A stretch of DNA of 32,000 nt from Demequinaceae bacterium (GCA_965250005.1 OZ252279.1:1200001-1232000), one strand, 5' to 3'; shown: positions 10,572-20,775, counted from the stretch's first letter. The notes: generated by a model from the letters alone, not told the origin. Numbers and translations: made by a program.

Positions 10572-11973
10572 GCTTCGCTCCCTTCCGCTTGGGCCGTGCA
10601 GATCCGTCGACGGTGTCGCCGGTGCGTGGTGAGGGGGGCAGCTTTTCTCCGGGGCGCGGAGGCACCGGGAATCCGCCCGCGAACGGGTCGATGACCTTGG
10701 CAGCCCCGCTCCGTTTGGGCGGCGCATCGTCTTCCTTGTCCCCGGCTCGGGTATACAACCACCACAAGATACCGATGACGGCCACTACCCAAGCCCAGCT
10801 TGCGAACGCGTCCGGGCTACGGCCCGGCATCACGTCGAGGACGACGACGCCAATCGCGTAGAACGCGATCCACACCAGCCCCGCAGGAATGAGGAACTTC
10901 CATCCAAATACCATGAACTGGTCGTAGCGGAACCGGAGCAAGGTGCCGCGCACCCAGACAAAGAAGCCCATGAACAGCCAGATCTTAAGGATGAGCCAGA
11001 TGGGCGGGAAGATCCCCGAGCTGAGCATCTCGTAGCCCGCCCACGATTCACCCCACGGTGCCTTCCAGCCGCCGAGGAAGAGCGTCGACGCAATAGCAGA
11101 CACGTTGATCATGTTGATGTACTCGGCAAGGAAGAACCACGCAAACTTCATCGACGAGTATTCGGTCATGAATCCGGCGACTAGCTCGCCCTCGGCTTCT
11201 GGGATATCGAAGGGTAGCCGGTTAGTCTCGCCGATCATCGATACGACGTACAACAGGAAGGCAGGGAGCAAGGTGATGACCCACCACTTGCTGTCCTGCG
11301 ATTCGACGATTTCGCTCATGGACATAGAACCGGCGACCATGAACACCGTCACGAGCGACAATCCCATGGCGAGCTCGTACGAGATGACCTGTGCGGTGGA
11401 CCGGATGGAACCCATGAGCGGGTACGTCGATCCCGATGACCAGCCGCCCAACACGATTCCGTACACGCCGAGCGCCGCGCACGCGAGAATGTATAGCACC
11501 GCCACGGGCGAATCGGTGAGTTGGAGCGGCGTAATCTCGTCGGTTCCGATGATCCGCGTGGACGGCCCAAATGGGATGACCGCGAAAATGAGCAACGAGC
11601 AGAAGACCGCAATCATCGGGGCGGCAATGTACATGAGTTTGTCGGCGGCGCGAACCGAAATGTCTTCCTTAAACAGGAGCTTCATCGCGTCCATGATGGG
11701 CTGCATCAGGCCGAACTTGCCGTGCACGTTCGGGCCGGGGCGCTCCTGAAACCGTGCAATGACGCGGCGTTCGAACCAGATAGCAAAGAGCACGCTCAGC
11801 AGCAGGAATACCAACACGAAGACGGCTTTGACCACCGAGACCCAGATGGAGTCGCCCTGGAGCGAGTTGAGACACTGGGTCTCGATCTGGCTGAGCGCCT
11901 CGGGCGAAATCACCTGGCAGTGGGCGCGTTCCTGGTCGTCGACAATCTGTGAAAGTGCCTGTGCAAGAATCAC
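10564..11973 (-). CDS. nuoH: NADH-quinone oxidoreductase subunit H
   Basis: 469 aa with [20 protein letters not shown] and [20 protein letters not shown]. The C-terminal tail [19 protein letters not shown] resembles the extension I recall in Streptomyces NuoH. GTG 11973 overlaps the nuoG TGA (GTGA). An internal GTG near 11913 is a possible alternative start. Confidence 0.9.
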   Translation of the reverse strand: MILAQALSQIVDDQERAHCQVISPEALSQIETQCLNSLQGDSIWVSVVKAVFVLVFLLLSVLFAIWFERRVIARFQERPGPNVHGKFGLMQPIMDAMKLLFKEDISVRAADKLMYIAAPMIAVFCSLLIFAVIPFGPSTRIIGTDEITPLQLTDSPVAVLYILACAALGVYGIVLGGWSSGSTYPLMGSIRSTAQVISYELAMGLSLVTVFMVAGSMSMSEIVESQDSKWWVITLLPAFLLYVVSMIGETNRLPFDIPEAEGELVAGFMTEYSSMKFAWFFLAEYINMINVSAIASTLFLGGWKAPWGESWAGYEMLSSGIFPPIWLILKIWLFMGFFVWVRGTLLRFRYDQFMVFGWKFLIPAGLVWIAFYAIGVVVLDVMPGRSPDAFASWAWVVAVIGILWWLYTRAGDKEDDAPPKRSGAAKVIDPFAGGFPVPPRPGEKLPPSPRTGDTVDGSARPKRKGAKHD

Positions 11974-14456
11974 GCTCCAACCCCCTTCACTGCAACCGCT
12001 TCTCCTGCGTCGACGCCAAGCGTACGGGCGACGGCCGATCCGGGTGAGTTGGTGGGCACCCAGACCACGCCGTCGACCATGTCCTCGGTCACGGCAAGCG
12101 GGAGCGTGATCGATCCGCGCACAGATCCGGTGATGCGGACAGAACCGGAGACGCCGAGTGTATGGGCAGTCACAGGGCTCATGCGTGCCACCGGAACTTT
12201 GCCTGTCCCGGCCAGATACGGCTCACCATCTTGGAGTACCCCGGAGTCCACGAGTTGGTGCCACGACGCGAGCACCGTGCGTTTGGACGCGCGGCTCGAA
12301 GCAGACGGCGCCGCGACCTTGGGGTCCGCGGTGCGCTCCGCGTCGTCGATGGGAAGGCCCAGCATCTCGCCGTTGATGGCCTCGACCGTGGGAGTGCCCA
12401 AGTTCACGCCCATCTGCCGCGCGAGCATGTCGAGAACGCGGTGGTCGCTCATCGCGTCAGTGGAGATGGCGGTAGCGAACGAGCGCAGGCGCCCTTCCCA
12501 GTTCACGTATGTGCCCGACTTCTCGGAAGGCGGCGCCACGGGAAGCACCACGTCGGCGAGTTCGGCAACGTCCGTGCGCCTTACCTCAAGGCTCACAAGG
12601 AACGGCTTCTTGAACGACTTCTTGGCCGCGACCGGCAGGTCCGAGAGCGTGACGCCTCCGACAACCAGCGCGCCGATGCTTCCCGAGGCGGCCGCCTCGA
12701 GAATGTCGTGGGCACTGCGGCCCGGGGCGAGCGGCAGTGAGTCGAGCCCCCAGGCGTCGGCGAGCGAGCGTCGGGCGGTCGCCGATGTTGCGGCCGCGCC
12801 GCCGGGCAGAATGCCGGGAAGCGCGCCCATGTCCGCTGCACCGCGCTCACCTGCGCGTCGAGGAATCCAGGCGAGCTTGGCGCCAGTCTTGTCGGCTAGT
12901 ACGACAGCCTCGCTGAACCCGCCGCGCGCCGAGGCGAGGCGTTCGCCCAGCACGATGACGGCGCCGGCTAACTTGAGCGCGGAAAACGTCGCACCCGTGA
13001 TGCCCGCGAGGGCGTCGGCCTCAGCGCCCGGAACGCACGGCACGAGCGTCGCGTCGAGTTTGGCGGCTCCCCTGGATAGGAATGGCGCCACGGTGAACAC
13101 CCGCTGCTTGCCCTTGGATTTGTTCATGCGCAGAAACACCACGCCGCCCTCGTCCTCCGGCTCGAAATCCACCATCAACACCACGGGTGCATTCTCGAGG
13201 TCCGCAAACGTCACGCCCATGCCGACGCCAGCGACGCGGGCCCCGAGGAAGTCTTGCTCCTCTGCGCTCGCCGGCCGGTTGCGCGAGTCAACGTCGTTGG
13301 TCCCCAGGACAGCGCGGGCAAACTTCCCGTACGCGTATGCGTCTTCCATGGTGACGCGGCCGCCCGGAAGCACCGCGGCTCCCTTGCCCTTCTTGGGTGC
13401 GATCGCCTTGGCAAGGCCGGCAGCAGCGGCCTCAAGCGCCTCGGGCCAGGAGGCCTCGACCAACTCGCCGTCGGCGTTGCGAACCAGCGGCCGCTCCAGG
13501 CGGTCTGCCTGGTTCTGCCACGCGAAAGCGAAGCGGTCCTTGTCCGTAATCCAGTCCTCGTTCACCGTCGGGTCGTTGTCTGCGAGGCGGCGCACAATCT
13601 TGCCGCGGCGGTGGTCCGTGCGGATCGCACTGCCCGAGGAATCGTGCTCCGCGATGCCAGGCGATGAGACCAGGTCGAACGGACGCGACCGGAACCGGTA
13701 CGCGGCGCTGGTGAGCGCGCCAACAGGGCAAATCTGCACCGTATTTCCAGAGTAGTAGCTCGAGAACGGCTTACCCGACTCGTCCTCCGCCGCGAGGCCT
13801 GCTGGTGCGTAGCCGTCGTAGTTGAGTACGTCCGTGTCGAACGTGCCAATCTGCGAGCGCGCTCCGCGCTCCTGAAGGTCAATGAACGGGTCGCCCGAAA
13901 TCTCATCGCTGAATCGCGTGCAACGCTGACACAGGACGCAACGTTCACGGTCGAGCAGCACCTCGGTGCTGAGCGCGAGCGGCTTCTCGAAGACGCGCTT
14001 GACGTCCACAAAGCGGGAGTCGCTGTGCCCGTGGCTCATAGCCTGGTTTTGCAGTGGGCACTCGCCGCCCTTGTCGCACACCGGGCAGTCGAGCGGGTGG
14101 TTGATGAGCAGCAACTCCAACACGCTCTTTTGTGCGCGGTCCGCCTCTTCTGAGGTGTTCTGCGTGTTGACGACCATGCCGGGCGTGACCGTCATGGTGC
14201 ACGACGCCTGGGGTTTGGGAAAGGCGCGCAGGTTGCCCTCGCGGTCCGGCGAGGCAACACCGACAAGGCACTGGCGGCACGCTCCCGCGGGCTTGAGTGC
14301 AGGGTGGTCGCAAAAGCGCGGGATCTCAATGCCGACCTGCTCGGCGGCGCGGATAATCAGCGTGCCCTCGGGGACGGACGCTTCAATGCCGTCGATCGTC
14401 ACGTCGACGGTCTTGGGTGCCGTCAGCTCCGTAGCCTTGTCTGCTGTGGCGGTCAT
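11970..14456 (-). CDS. nuoG: NADH-quinone oxidoreductase subunit G
   Basis: 828 aa. N-terminal 2Fe-2S ligands CDHPALKPAGACRQC, 4Fe-4S motif HPLDCPVCDKGGECPLQ, and a molybdopterin-oxidoreductase-like remainder. The ATG overlaps the nuoF TGA. Confidence 0.95.
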   Translation of the reverse strand: MTATADKATELTAPKTVDVTIDGIEASVPEGTLIIRAAEQVGIEIPRFCDHPALKPAGACRQCLVGVASPDREGNLRAFPKPQASCTMTVTPGMVVNTQNTSEEADRAQKSVLELLLINHPLDCPVCDKGGECPLQNQAMSHGHSDSRFVDVKRVFEKPLALSTEVLLDRERCVLCQRCTRFSDEISGDPFIDLQERGARSQIGTFDTDVLNYDGYAPAGLAAEDESGKPFSSYYSGNTVQICPVGALTSAAYRFRSRPFDLVSSPGIAEHDSSGSAIRTDHRRGKIVRRLADNDPTVNEDWITDKDRFAFAWQNQADRLERPLVRNADGELVEASWPEALEAAAAGLAKAIAPKKGKGAAVLPGGRVTMEDAYAYGKFARAVLGTNDVDSRNRPASAEEQDFLGARVAGVGMGVTFADLENAPVVLMVDFEPEDEGGVVFLRMNKSKGKQRVFTVAPFLSRGAAKLDATLVPCVPGAEADALAGITGATFSALKLAGAVIVLGERLASARGGFSEAVVLADKTGAKLAWIPRRAGERGAADMGALPGILPGGAAATSATARRSLADAWGLDSLPLAPGRSAHDILEAAASGSIGALVVGGVTLSDLPVAAKKSFKKPFLVSLEVRRTDVAELADVVLPVAPPSEKSGTYVNWEGRLRSFATAISTDAMSDHRVLDMLARQMGVNLGTPTVEAINGEMLGLPIDDAERTADPKVAAPSASSRASKRTVLASWHQLVDSGVLQDGEPYLAGTGKVPVARMSPVTAHTLGVSGSVRITGSVRGSITLPLAVTEDMVDGVVWVPTNSPGSAVARTLGVDAGEAVAVKGVGA

Positions 14457-15778
14457 GCGTGCGCTGCCTCCGCTGCGGACTGAGCCGCGTAGTCGAAGAG
14501 CGCTGAGGCGGCCGGGTCGAAAGAACAGCCGCGCGCGTTCACGTGAGCTTCGAACTCCTCACGGAAGAGCTCGACAGAAGACAAGATGGATGACGTCGCT
14601 CCGTCGCCCAGAGCACAGAACGACCGGCCAGCGATCGAGTCGCACGTGTCGAGCAACTGCTGAATGTCGGCGTGCGTGCCCTCACCGCCCTCGATGCGCT
14701 TGAGAATCTGCGTCAGCCAGAACGTGCCCTCACGGCACGGCGTGCACTTGCCGCACGACTCGTGCTTGTAAAACTCCGTCCAGCGCGTCACGGCGCGAAC
14801 AACACACGTAGTGTCGTCGAAGATCTGGAGGGCGCGCGTGCCGAGCATCGAGCCCGCGGCATCTACCGCCTCGTAATCAAGAGGAATGTCCAGATGCTTG
14901 TCAGTGAACATGGGCGTCGAAGACCCGCCTGGCGTCCAAAACTTGAGCTTTTTGCCACCGCGCATTCCGCCGGCCATCGCGAGCAGCTCGCGCAGGGTGA
15001 TTCCGAGCGGGGCCTCGTACTGACCGGGGTTGGTGACGTGCCCGGACAGCGAGAAAAGCCCGTAGCCCTTGGAGCGTTCCGTGCCCATGCCAGCGAACCA
15101 ATCTGCACCATTCGCGACAATGGACGGCACCGACGCGATGGTCTCAACGTTGTTGACCACGGTCGGGCGGGCGTAAAGGCCCTCAACGGCGGGGAACGGC
15201 GGCTTGAGGCGAGGCTGGCCGCGTCGGCCCTCGAGCGAATCGAGCAGCGCTGTCTCTTCGCCGCAGATATAGGCACCCGCGCCCGCGTGGACCGTAACGT
15301 CCAGGTCGAAGCCTGCGCCATGGATGTTCTTGCCTAGGTGCCCTGCCGCATAGGCTTCCGCAACGGCGTTCAGCAGGCGACGGTAGACATGCACCACCTC
15401 GCCGCGCAGGTAAATAAACGCGTGCTTAGACCCAATGGCGAACGAGGTGATCGCCACGCCTTCGATCAACAGGTGTGGCGAGGCCATCATCAGCGGGATG
15501 TCCTTGCACGTCCCCGGCTCGGACTCGTCGGCATTTACCACCAGGTAGCGTGGCAGGCCGTCGTCGGGGGGCAGAAATCCCCACTTCATACCCGCCGGGA
15601 AGCCGGCACCCCCGCGTCCGCGCAGTCCCGAGTCCTTCACCGCCTGGACTAGGTCTTCCGGTTGCTTCTTGAGTGCTTTCTTGAGTGCGTCGTAGCCTCC
15701 GCCGCCAGCGTAGTTGGCGAGCGTCCATGACTCGTCGTCACCCCACTGCTTGCTGAGAACCGGGGTCAGTTGCGTCAC
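14453..15778 (-). CDS. nuoF: NADH-quinone oxidoreductase subunit F (NADH/FMN-binding)
   Basis: 441 aa with GLRGRGGAGFP, NADESEPGTCKD and the 4Fe-4S motif ESCGKCTPCREG. The GTG overlaps the nuoE TGA. Confidence 0.95.
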   Translation of the reverse strand: MTQLTPVLSKQWGDDESWTLANYAGGGGYDALKKALKKQPEDLVQAVKDSGLRGRGGAGFPAGMKWGFLPPDDGLPRYLVVNADESEPGTCKDIPLMMASPHLLIEGVAITSFAIGSKHAFIYLRGEVVHVYRRLLNAVAEAYAAGHLGKNIHGAGFDLDVTVHAGAGAYICGEETALLDSLEGRRGQPRLKPPFPAVEGLYARPTVVNNVETIASVPSIVANGADWFAGMGTERSKGYGLFSLSGHVTNPGQYEAPLGITLRELLAMAGGMRGGKKLKFWTPGGSSTPMFTDKHLDIPLDYEAVDAAGSMLGTRALQIFDDTTCVVRAVTRWTEFYKHESCGKCTPCREGTFWLTQILKRIEGGEGTHADIQQLLDTCDSIAGRSFCALGDGATSSILSSVELFREEFEAHVNARGCSFDPAASALFDYAAQSAAEAAHA

Positions 15779-16440
15779 TTGGCGCCGCCCCTCGGTGCTG
15801 TCCAGCCCTTGGACTTTGCGACGTCGAGACCCGCGAGCGTCGCCTTGCCTGCTCCGGGACCCTCGCCCGCCTTTCCGTCATCGAATCCAGCGAGTACGCG
15901 AGACACCTTGGTGAACGGTTCGACCTTGTTCGCGCCGCGCGTGGGACGCACGTCCCTGCCAGCGCGGATGTCGTCAACCAGCTGGCGGGCCGTCGCGGGT
16001 GTCATGTTGTCGAAGAATTCCCAGTTGACCATCATTACGGGGGCGTAGTCGCACGCGGCATTGCACTCGAGACGCTCGAGAGTAACTTTGCCGTCTTCCG
16101 TGGTCTCATCGTGGCCCACGCCCAGGTGCTCGCTGACGTCGTCCCAGATTCTGTCGCCGCCCATGACAGCGCAGAGTGTGTTGATGCAGACGCCCACCTG
16201 GTACTCGCCGTTGGGGCGGCGCTTGTACTGCGTGTAGAACGTGGCGACCGCGCTGACCTCAGCGTGGGTAAGCCCGAGCCGGTCCGCGCAGAACGCGATG
16301 CCATCAGGAGAAACGTAGCCTTCCTCCGATTGCACCAGGTGAAGAAGCGGCAACAACGCCGAACGAGGCTCAGGATAGCGCGAGATCGCGTCCTTGGCGT
16401 CCTTAGCGAGACGTTTCTGAACGTCGTCAGCGTAGGTCAT
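15775..16440 (-). CDS. nuoE: NADH-quinone oxidoreductase subunit E
   Basis: 221 aa with thioredoxin-like 2Fe-2S ligands in [12 protein letters not shown] and [16 protein letters not shown]. The ATG overlaps the nuoD TGA. Confidence 0.95.
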   Translation of the reverse strand: MTYADDVQKRLAKDAKDAISRYPEPRSALLPLLHLVQSEEGYVSPDGIAFCADRLGLTHAEVSAVATFYTQYKRRPNGEYQVGVCINTLCAVMGGDRIWDDVSEHLGVGHDETTEDGKVTLERLECNAACDYAPVMMVNWEFFDNMTPATARQLVDDIRAGRDVRPTRGANKVEPFTKVSRVLAGFDDGKAGEGPGAGKATLAGLDVAKSKGWTAPRGGAK

Positions 16441-17786
16441 CGGTCGACGCCTCCCAACACAAAGTCGATGGACGCGATGGCAACCACCACGTCTGCCATT
16501 TGGCCGCCCTCGCAGAGCATAGACAGCGCCTGCAGGTTGTTGAATCCCGGGTCGCGTACGTGTGCGCGATACGGCTTGGTTCCACCGTCACTCACGAGGT
16601 GCACGCCCAACGTGCCCTTGGGGTTTTCGATCGCCTGGTAAACCTGCCCCGGCGGAACCTTAAAGCCTTCGGTGACCAGTTTGAAGTGGTGGATCAGGGC
16701 CTCCATTGAGCTGCCCATGATTTCTCGAATGTGGTCAAGCGAGTTGCCCTGGCCGTCCGCGCCGAGGGAAAGCTGCGCGGGCCACGCGATCTTCTTGTCC
16801 GCCACCATTACCGGATCGCCCTCAGACGCCTCGATCCGGTCGGCGCACTGCGCGATGATTGTCAGGGACTCGTAGCACTCCTCGAGCCGCAGCACCACGC
16901 GCGCATATGCATCGGCATCCGTGGACGTGGGCACCTGGAAGTCGTACGTCTCGTAACCGCAGTACGGCTGGTCCTTGCGGAGGTCGTGTGGGTGGCCCGT
17001 TGCGCGCAGCATGGGACCGGTGACTCCCAGCGCCATACACGCGCTCAAATTGAGGTTGGCCACGCCCTTGAGTCGGCCCATGAATATCGGGTTGGCGAGC
17101 TGAAGATTGGCGAGCTCGTCCAGGCGCTGCTTGACCAGCGGAATCATCCTGCGGATGTCGTCGACCGCTCCTTTGGGCACGTCCTGCGCAACGCCACCGG
17201 GCCGAATATAGGCGTTGTTAGTGCGCAGGCCGGTGATCGACTCGATCACCCGGAACGTGTCCTCGCGGGCAATGAACGACGTGGTCATCACGGTTGTGGC
17301 GCCCATTTCATTTCCGCCCGTGCCGATGGCAACCAAGTGCGAACCGATGCGCGTCAGTTCCATCATCAAGACACGCAGCACGCTCGCTCGCGCCGGGATG
17401 TCGTCTGTGATGCCGAGTAACTTCTCGACGCCGAGGCAGTACACCGCCTCGTTAAACATCGCCGCCACGTAGTCCATGCGCGTAACGAACGTGACGCCCT
17501 GCGTCCACGTCCGGTACTCCATGTTCTTCTCAATCCCCGTGTGCAGGTAGCCGATCCCGGCGCGAGCCTCCGTCACCGTCTCGCCTTCGAGTTCGAGCAT
17601 GACCCGCAGTACGCCGTGTGTGGACGGGTGCTGGGGGCCCATATTGACGACAATGCGCTGCTGACCAAGGCGTGCGGCCTCGTCGACGATATCTGACCAG
17701 TCGCTGCCGTACGCAGTGTACTCGGGCGCTTCAGCGTCCTCGACAAATGCGCCGGTGGCTTCGGCAGTGGACTCAGTGCCGTTCAT
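16437..17786 (-). CDS. nuoD: NADH-quinone oxidoreductase subunit D
   Basis: 449 aa with the 49-kDa subunit motif [14 protein letters not shown] and a C-terminal [13 protein letters not shown]. The ATG overlaps the nuoC TGA. Confidence 0.95.
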   Translation of the reverse strand: MNGTESTAEATGAFVEDAEAPEYTAYGSDWSDIVDEAARLGQQRIVVNMGPQHPSTHGVLRVMLELEGETVTEARAGIGYLHTGIEKNMEYRTWTQGVTFVTRMDYVAAMFNEAVYCLGVEKLLGITDDIPARASVLRVLMMELTRIGSHLVAIGTGGNEMGATTVMTTSFIAREDTFRVIESITGLRTNNAYIRPGGVAQDVPKGAVDDIRRMIPLVKQRLDELANLQLANPIFMGRLKGVANLNLSACMALGVTGPMLRATGHPHDLRKDQPYCGYETYDFQVPTSTDADAYARVVLRLEECYESLTIIAQCADRIEASEGDPVMVADKKIAWPAQLSLGADGQGNSLDHIREIMGSSMEALIHHFKLVTEGFKVPPGQVYQAIENPKGTLGVHLVSDGGTKPYRAHVRDPGFNNLQALSMLCEGGQMADVVVAIASIDFVLGGVDR

Positions 17787-18484
17787 CGGTACTGCCTCCG
17801 CTCGTCGGGCGACGGGACTGTCGCTCCCTTGTACTCCACGGGAATGCCACCCAGCGGATAATCCTTGCGCTGCGGGTGGCCCACCCAGTCGTCCGGCATC
17901 TCGATGCGTGCGAGGCCCGGGTGACCGTCAAAGATGATGCCGAAGAAGTCCCACGTTTCGCGCTCGTGCCAGTTGTTGGCGGGGTACACAGAGGTCACCG
18001 ACGGCATGTGCGGGTCCTTCTCACTTGCCGCCACCTCGAGCCGCAACGACCGGCCGTGAGTAACGGAGACCAAAGGGAAGACGGCATGAAGCTCGCGGCC
18101 TGCATCTGCGGGGTAGTGAACGCCGCTTACGCCCAGGCAGAGCTCGAAACGAAGGTCCTGGTCATCACGCAAGTGACGGGCCACGTCCACGAGGTGCTCT
18201 CGCGCAATGTAGAGCGTGAGTTCTCCGCGGTCCACAACGACCGACTCGATCGCTGACCTGGCGCTGTCGCCCAGAAGCTCCTCGAGGATGTCGACGGCTC
18301 CGTCGAACCACTCGCCGTACGGCCGATCAGCAGCGCCGGGCATCTCGACCGGCGAAACTAGGCCGCCGTAGCCGGACGTGTCGCCAGCGGCACCGAACAT
18401 GCCCTCGCGCACCCTAATGAGCGTCATAGGACGGCGGCCCTCGGGGCTCACTGGCTCGGGAACCATGCTCGTGTTCTGGGTCAC
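17783..18484 (-). CDS. nuoC: NADH-quinone oxidoreductase subunit C
   Basis: 233 aa with the 30-kDa subunit motif [16 protein letters not shown]. The GTG overlaps the nuoB TGA. Confidence 0.93.
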   Translation of the reverse strand: MTQNTSMVPEPVSPEGRRPMTLIRVREGMFGAAGDTSGYGGLVSPVEMPGAADRPYGEWFDGAVDILEELLGDSARSAIESVVVDRGELTLYIAREHLVDVARHLRDDQDLRFELCLGVSGVHYPADAGRELHAVFPLVSVTHGRSLRLEVAASEKDPHMPSVTSVYPANNWHERETWDFFGIIFDGHPGLARIEMPDDWVGHPQRKDYPLGGIPVEYKGATVPSPDERRQYR

Positions 18485-19032
18485 CGCAGCAGCCCCTTCA
18501 TCTCTGACGTAGGGGTCGCCGCGAGCGCGGCTGCCTCTGCCGCCTTCGCGATCTCTCGACGGTTCTGGCCCAGCGGTTCCACCTGAATCTGCTTATGAAG
18601 TTCCAAGAGCGCGTTCAGCAGCATCTCGGGGCGCGGAGGGCAGCCCGGAAGATAGATGTCGACGGGAACCACGTGGTCGACGCCTTGGACTATCGAGTAG
18701 TTATTGAACATGCCGCCCGATGAGGCACAGACGCCCATCGCGAGCACCCACTTGGGCTCCGCCATCTGGTCGTACACCTGGCGAAGGATGGGCGCCATTT
18801 TGTTGGACAGCCGACCCGCGACAATCATGAGGTCGGCCTGTCGTGGGGAGCCGCGGAACACTTCCATGCCGATGCGGGAAATGTCGAAGCGAGGCGTTCC
18901 CGTCGCCATCATCTCGATTGAGCAACACGCGAGCCCAAACGTGACGGGCCACACCGAGCCCTGGCGCATGTAGCCCACGAAGTCCTCGACTGTGCCAAGC
19001 AGAAACGGCGGCGCGCTTTCTTCGATACCCAT
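18481..19032 (-). CDS. nuoB: NADH-quinone oxidoreductase subunit B
   Basis: 183 aa with N2-cluster ligand motifs [19 protein letters not shown] and PGCPPRPE. The ATG is 3 nt after the nuoA stop. Confidence 0.95.
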   Translation of the reverse strand: MGIEESAPPFLLGTVEDFVGYMRQGSVWPVTFGLACCSIEMMATGTPRFDISRIGMEVFRGSPRQADLMIVAGRLSNKMAPILRQVYDQMAEPKWVLAMGVCASSGGMFNNYSIVQGVDHVVPVDIYLPGCPPRPEMLLNALLELHKQIQVEPLGQNRREIAKAAEAAALAATPTSEMKGLLR

Positions 19033-19035
19033 CCG

Positions 19036-19395
19036 CTATTCCCAGTCGAATCCGCCACGGCGCCATTCATAAATGAACGGAACGGTGATCAGGGCAATAA
19101 ACGTCATGACGGCGACAAGCCCGAATAGGGCAAGCTGCTCGTACGCGATGGCCCATGGGTAGAGGAATACAACCTCGATGTCAAAGACGATGAACGTCAT
19201 CGCCACCAGGTAGTACTTGATGGGGATCCGCCCGCCGCCCACGGCTCCCGGGGTGGGCTGGATTCCTGATTCGTAGCGGTCGAGTTTGGCGGCGTTGTAG
19301 CGCTTGGGTCCGAGCAGGGAGCTGGCGACCAGGCCGGCAACTGCCATGAATGCGGCAACGCCGATCATCACCAGAATCGGTACGAACGGATTCAC
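19036..19395 (-). CDS. nuoA: NADH-quinone oxidoreductase subunit A
   Basis: Track ORF 19036..19482 trimmed to GTG 19395 (119 aa), preceded by GAGAGGAGG with a 6-nt spacer. Motifs YESGI and FIVFDIEVVFLYPWA. The longer version would overlap the upstream reductase gene. Confidence 0.88.
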   Translation of the reverse strand: MNPFVPILVMIGVAAFMAVAGLVASSLLGPKRYNAAKLDRYESGIQPTPGAVGGGRIPIKYYLVAMTFIVFDIEVVFLYPWAIAYEQLALFGLVAVMTFIALITVPFIYEWRRGGFDWE

Positions 19396-19430
19396 GTGCC
19401 GCCTCCTCTCATCGTCCTCAGCGCCCGCAC

Positions 19431-20714
19431 TTATGCTGCCGGGGCGATGCGGGCTAGCGTGGCGAGCACGCGGTCTGCCCAATCGCCGCCGCGCGGCTCA
19501 TATACGTCTGACAGCAGTTTATGGGTAATCCACATGACCGTATGACTCGGGAGCCCGTACTTTGTGCAGATGCGCATCACGGCCGGCTTTTCGATGATCG
19601 CGGCGAATGCCCGGCCAAGACTGTAGTAGCCGCCAAGGTCCCGCTTCATCATCCGTGCGTAGCCTTCGAGCGCGTGTTCGCGAGCCACGGCGTCCGTGGC
19701 TTCGCGTGCCAGAACCATCGACTCCGTGACGCGGCGGGCCGCCTGCATCGCATAGGCAATCCCCTCGCCATTGAACGGGTTGACCATGCCCCCGCTGTCG
19801 CCCACAAGCATGAGTCCGTCGCGGTAGTGAGGCTGACGGTTGAAGGCCATCGGGATGGCGGCGCCCAACGTGTTTCCCACGTGCGTCTCGGGTGTGAGGC
19901 CCCAGCCCTGCGTCGAGTGTTCGACCCAATCGTCAAGTAGTGCACGGTGGTCAAGGCGCGTTGGCTTCCCGCGCCCGCTCAGCGTACCGAGCCCCACATT
20001 TGCGGTACCGTCTCCCAGCGGAAAAATCCACCCGTACCCCGGCAACAACTTGGACTTACCGCGCTCGCCAGCCCAAATCTCCAGGTGGCCCTCCATCCAG
20101 GGCTCGGCGTGGCGTTCGGTCTTGTAATACGTCCGCACCGCGACGCCCATCGGTCGATGCTTCTTGCGCTCGATGCCGAGACCTAGTGCGATGCGCGCCG
20201 CCACGCCATCGGCCGCGATGACCACGGGGGCACGAAACTCGATCTCGTCTCCGACGCGCTTGCCCTTGGAATCGGTTTCGCGGGCGTTGACTCCGACTAC
20301 ACGCCCGCTGCGCTCGTCGCGGATCGCGCCGGTTACCGCCATCCCCTCGCGCACGTCGGCGCCGGTGGTTCGCGCTCGATTCGCGAGGATGTGGTCAAAC
20401 TTGGCGCGCGGCAGGGTCAGTCCGTAGTTGGGAAACGAAGGTGTGTCATGCCACGGGAACTCAAGCGTGTGCCCGCCACCGACCATGCGGAGGCCCTTGT
20501 TGCGGAGCCAGCCTTCGTCTTCCGGAGTCTCCACACCCATGCGCGAGAGTTCGCGGACCGCGCGCGGCGTCAGCCCGTCACCGCAAACCTTCTCTCGCGG
20601 GAAGCGCGCCTTCTCCAGCGCAATGACATCGAAGTCCTCCTTGGCGAGATAGTGCGCTGCGGCGCTGCCGCCAGGCCCCACTCCCACGACGATTGCGTCG
20701 GCCGATGTCTTCAT
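19431..20714 (-). CDS. geranylgeranyl reductase-family FAD-dependent oxidoreductase (candidate menaquinone isoprenyl-chain reductase, MenJ-like)
   Basis: 427 aa with an N-terminal dinucleotide fold IVVGVGPGGSAAAHYL followed by RFPREKVCGDGLTP, typical of the GGR family. It sits between menF and nuoA. In M. tuberculosis the GGR-family MenJ lies in the men cluster next to a polyprenyl synthase. Substrate is not provable from sequence. Confidence 0.8.
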   Translation of the reverse strand: MKTSADAIVVGVGPGGSAAAHYLAKEDFDVIALEKARFPREKVCGDGLTPRAVRELSRMGVETPEDEGWLRNKGLRMVGGGHTLEFPWHDTPSFPNYGLTLPRAKFDHILANRARTTGADVREGMAVTGAIRDERSGRVVGVNARETDSKGKRVGDEIEFRAPVVIAADGVAARIALGLGIERKKHRPMGVAVRTYYKTERHAEPWMEGHLEIWAGERGKSKLLPGYGWIFPLGDGTANVGLGTLSGRGKPTRLDHRALLDDWVEHSTQGWGLTPETHVGNTLGAAIPMAFNRQPHYRDGLMLVGDSGGMVNPFNGEGIAYAMQAARRVTESMVLAREATDAVAREHALEGYARMMKRDLGGYYSLGRAFAAIIEKPAVMRICTKYGLPSHTVMWITHKLLSDVYEPRGGDWADRVLATLARIAPAA

Positions 20715-20720
20715 GAGGCA

Positions 20721-20726
20721 AGCCTA
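20721..20726 (-). promoter_or_regulatory. candidate -10 box TAGGCT for a leaderless transcript of the MenJ-like gene
   Basis: Read on the minus strand: GGCGCGCT-TAGGCT-tgcctc-ATG(20714). Fits the actinobacterial -10 consensus TANNNT. The 6-nt spacer leaves no room for a Shine-Dalgarno. Confidence 0.45.
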
Positions 20727-20775
20727 AGCGCGCCCGCCTAGGACCTTTGTACACGGCACCCAGCGCCAGCAGACA

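Noticed and set aside
7474-10694. Long + strand ORFs 7474..8574 (366 aa) and 9528..10694 (388 aa), antisense to nuoL and nuoJ/nuoI
   Set aside because: Arg/His/Glu/Asp-rich low-complexity translations with no SD or promoter context. They are explained by GC3-skewed codon usage of the genuine minus-strand genes.
12049-13755. 568-aa ORF on the + strand, antisense to nuoG
   Set aside because: Classic high-GC shadow ORF. Its composition is Ser/Ala/Pro/Arg/Thr-rich with no motifs. The opposite strand encodes a full-length NuoG with all Fe-S motifs and perfect operon coupling.
19423-19454. 7-bp GC stem (GCCCGCA/TGCGGGC) spanning the reductase stop codon just upstream of nuoA
   Set aside because: The loop is 18 nt with no U-tract and no alternative-pairing partner that I could find. 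This is insufficient to call an attenuator or terminator.
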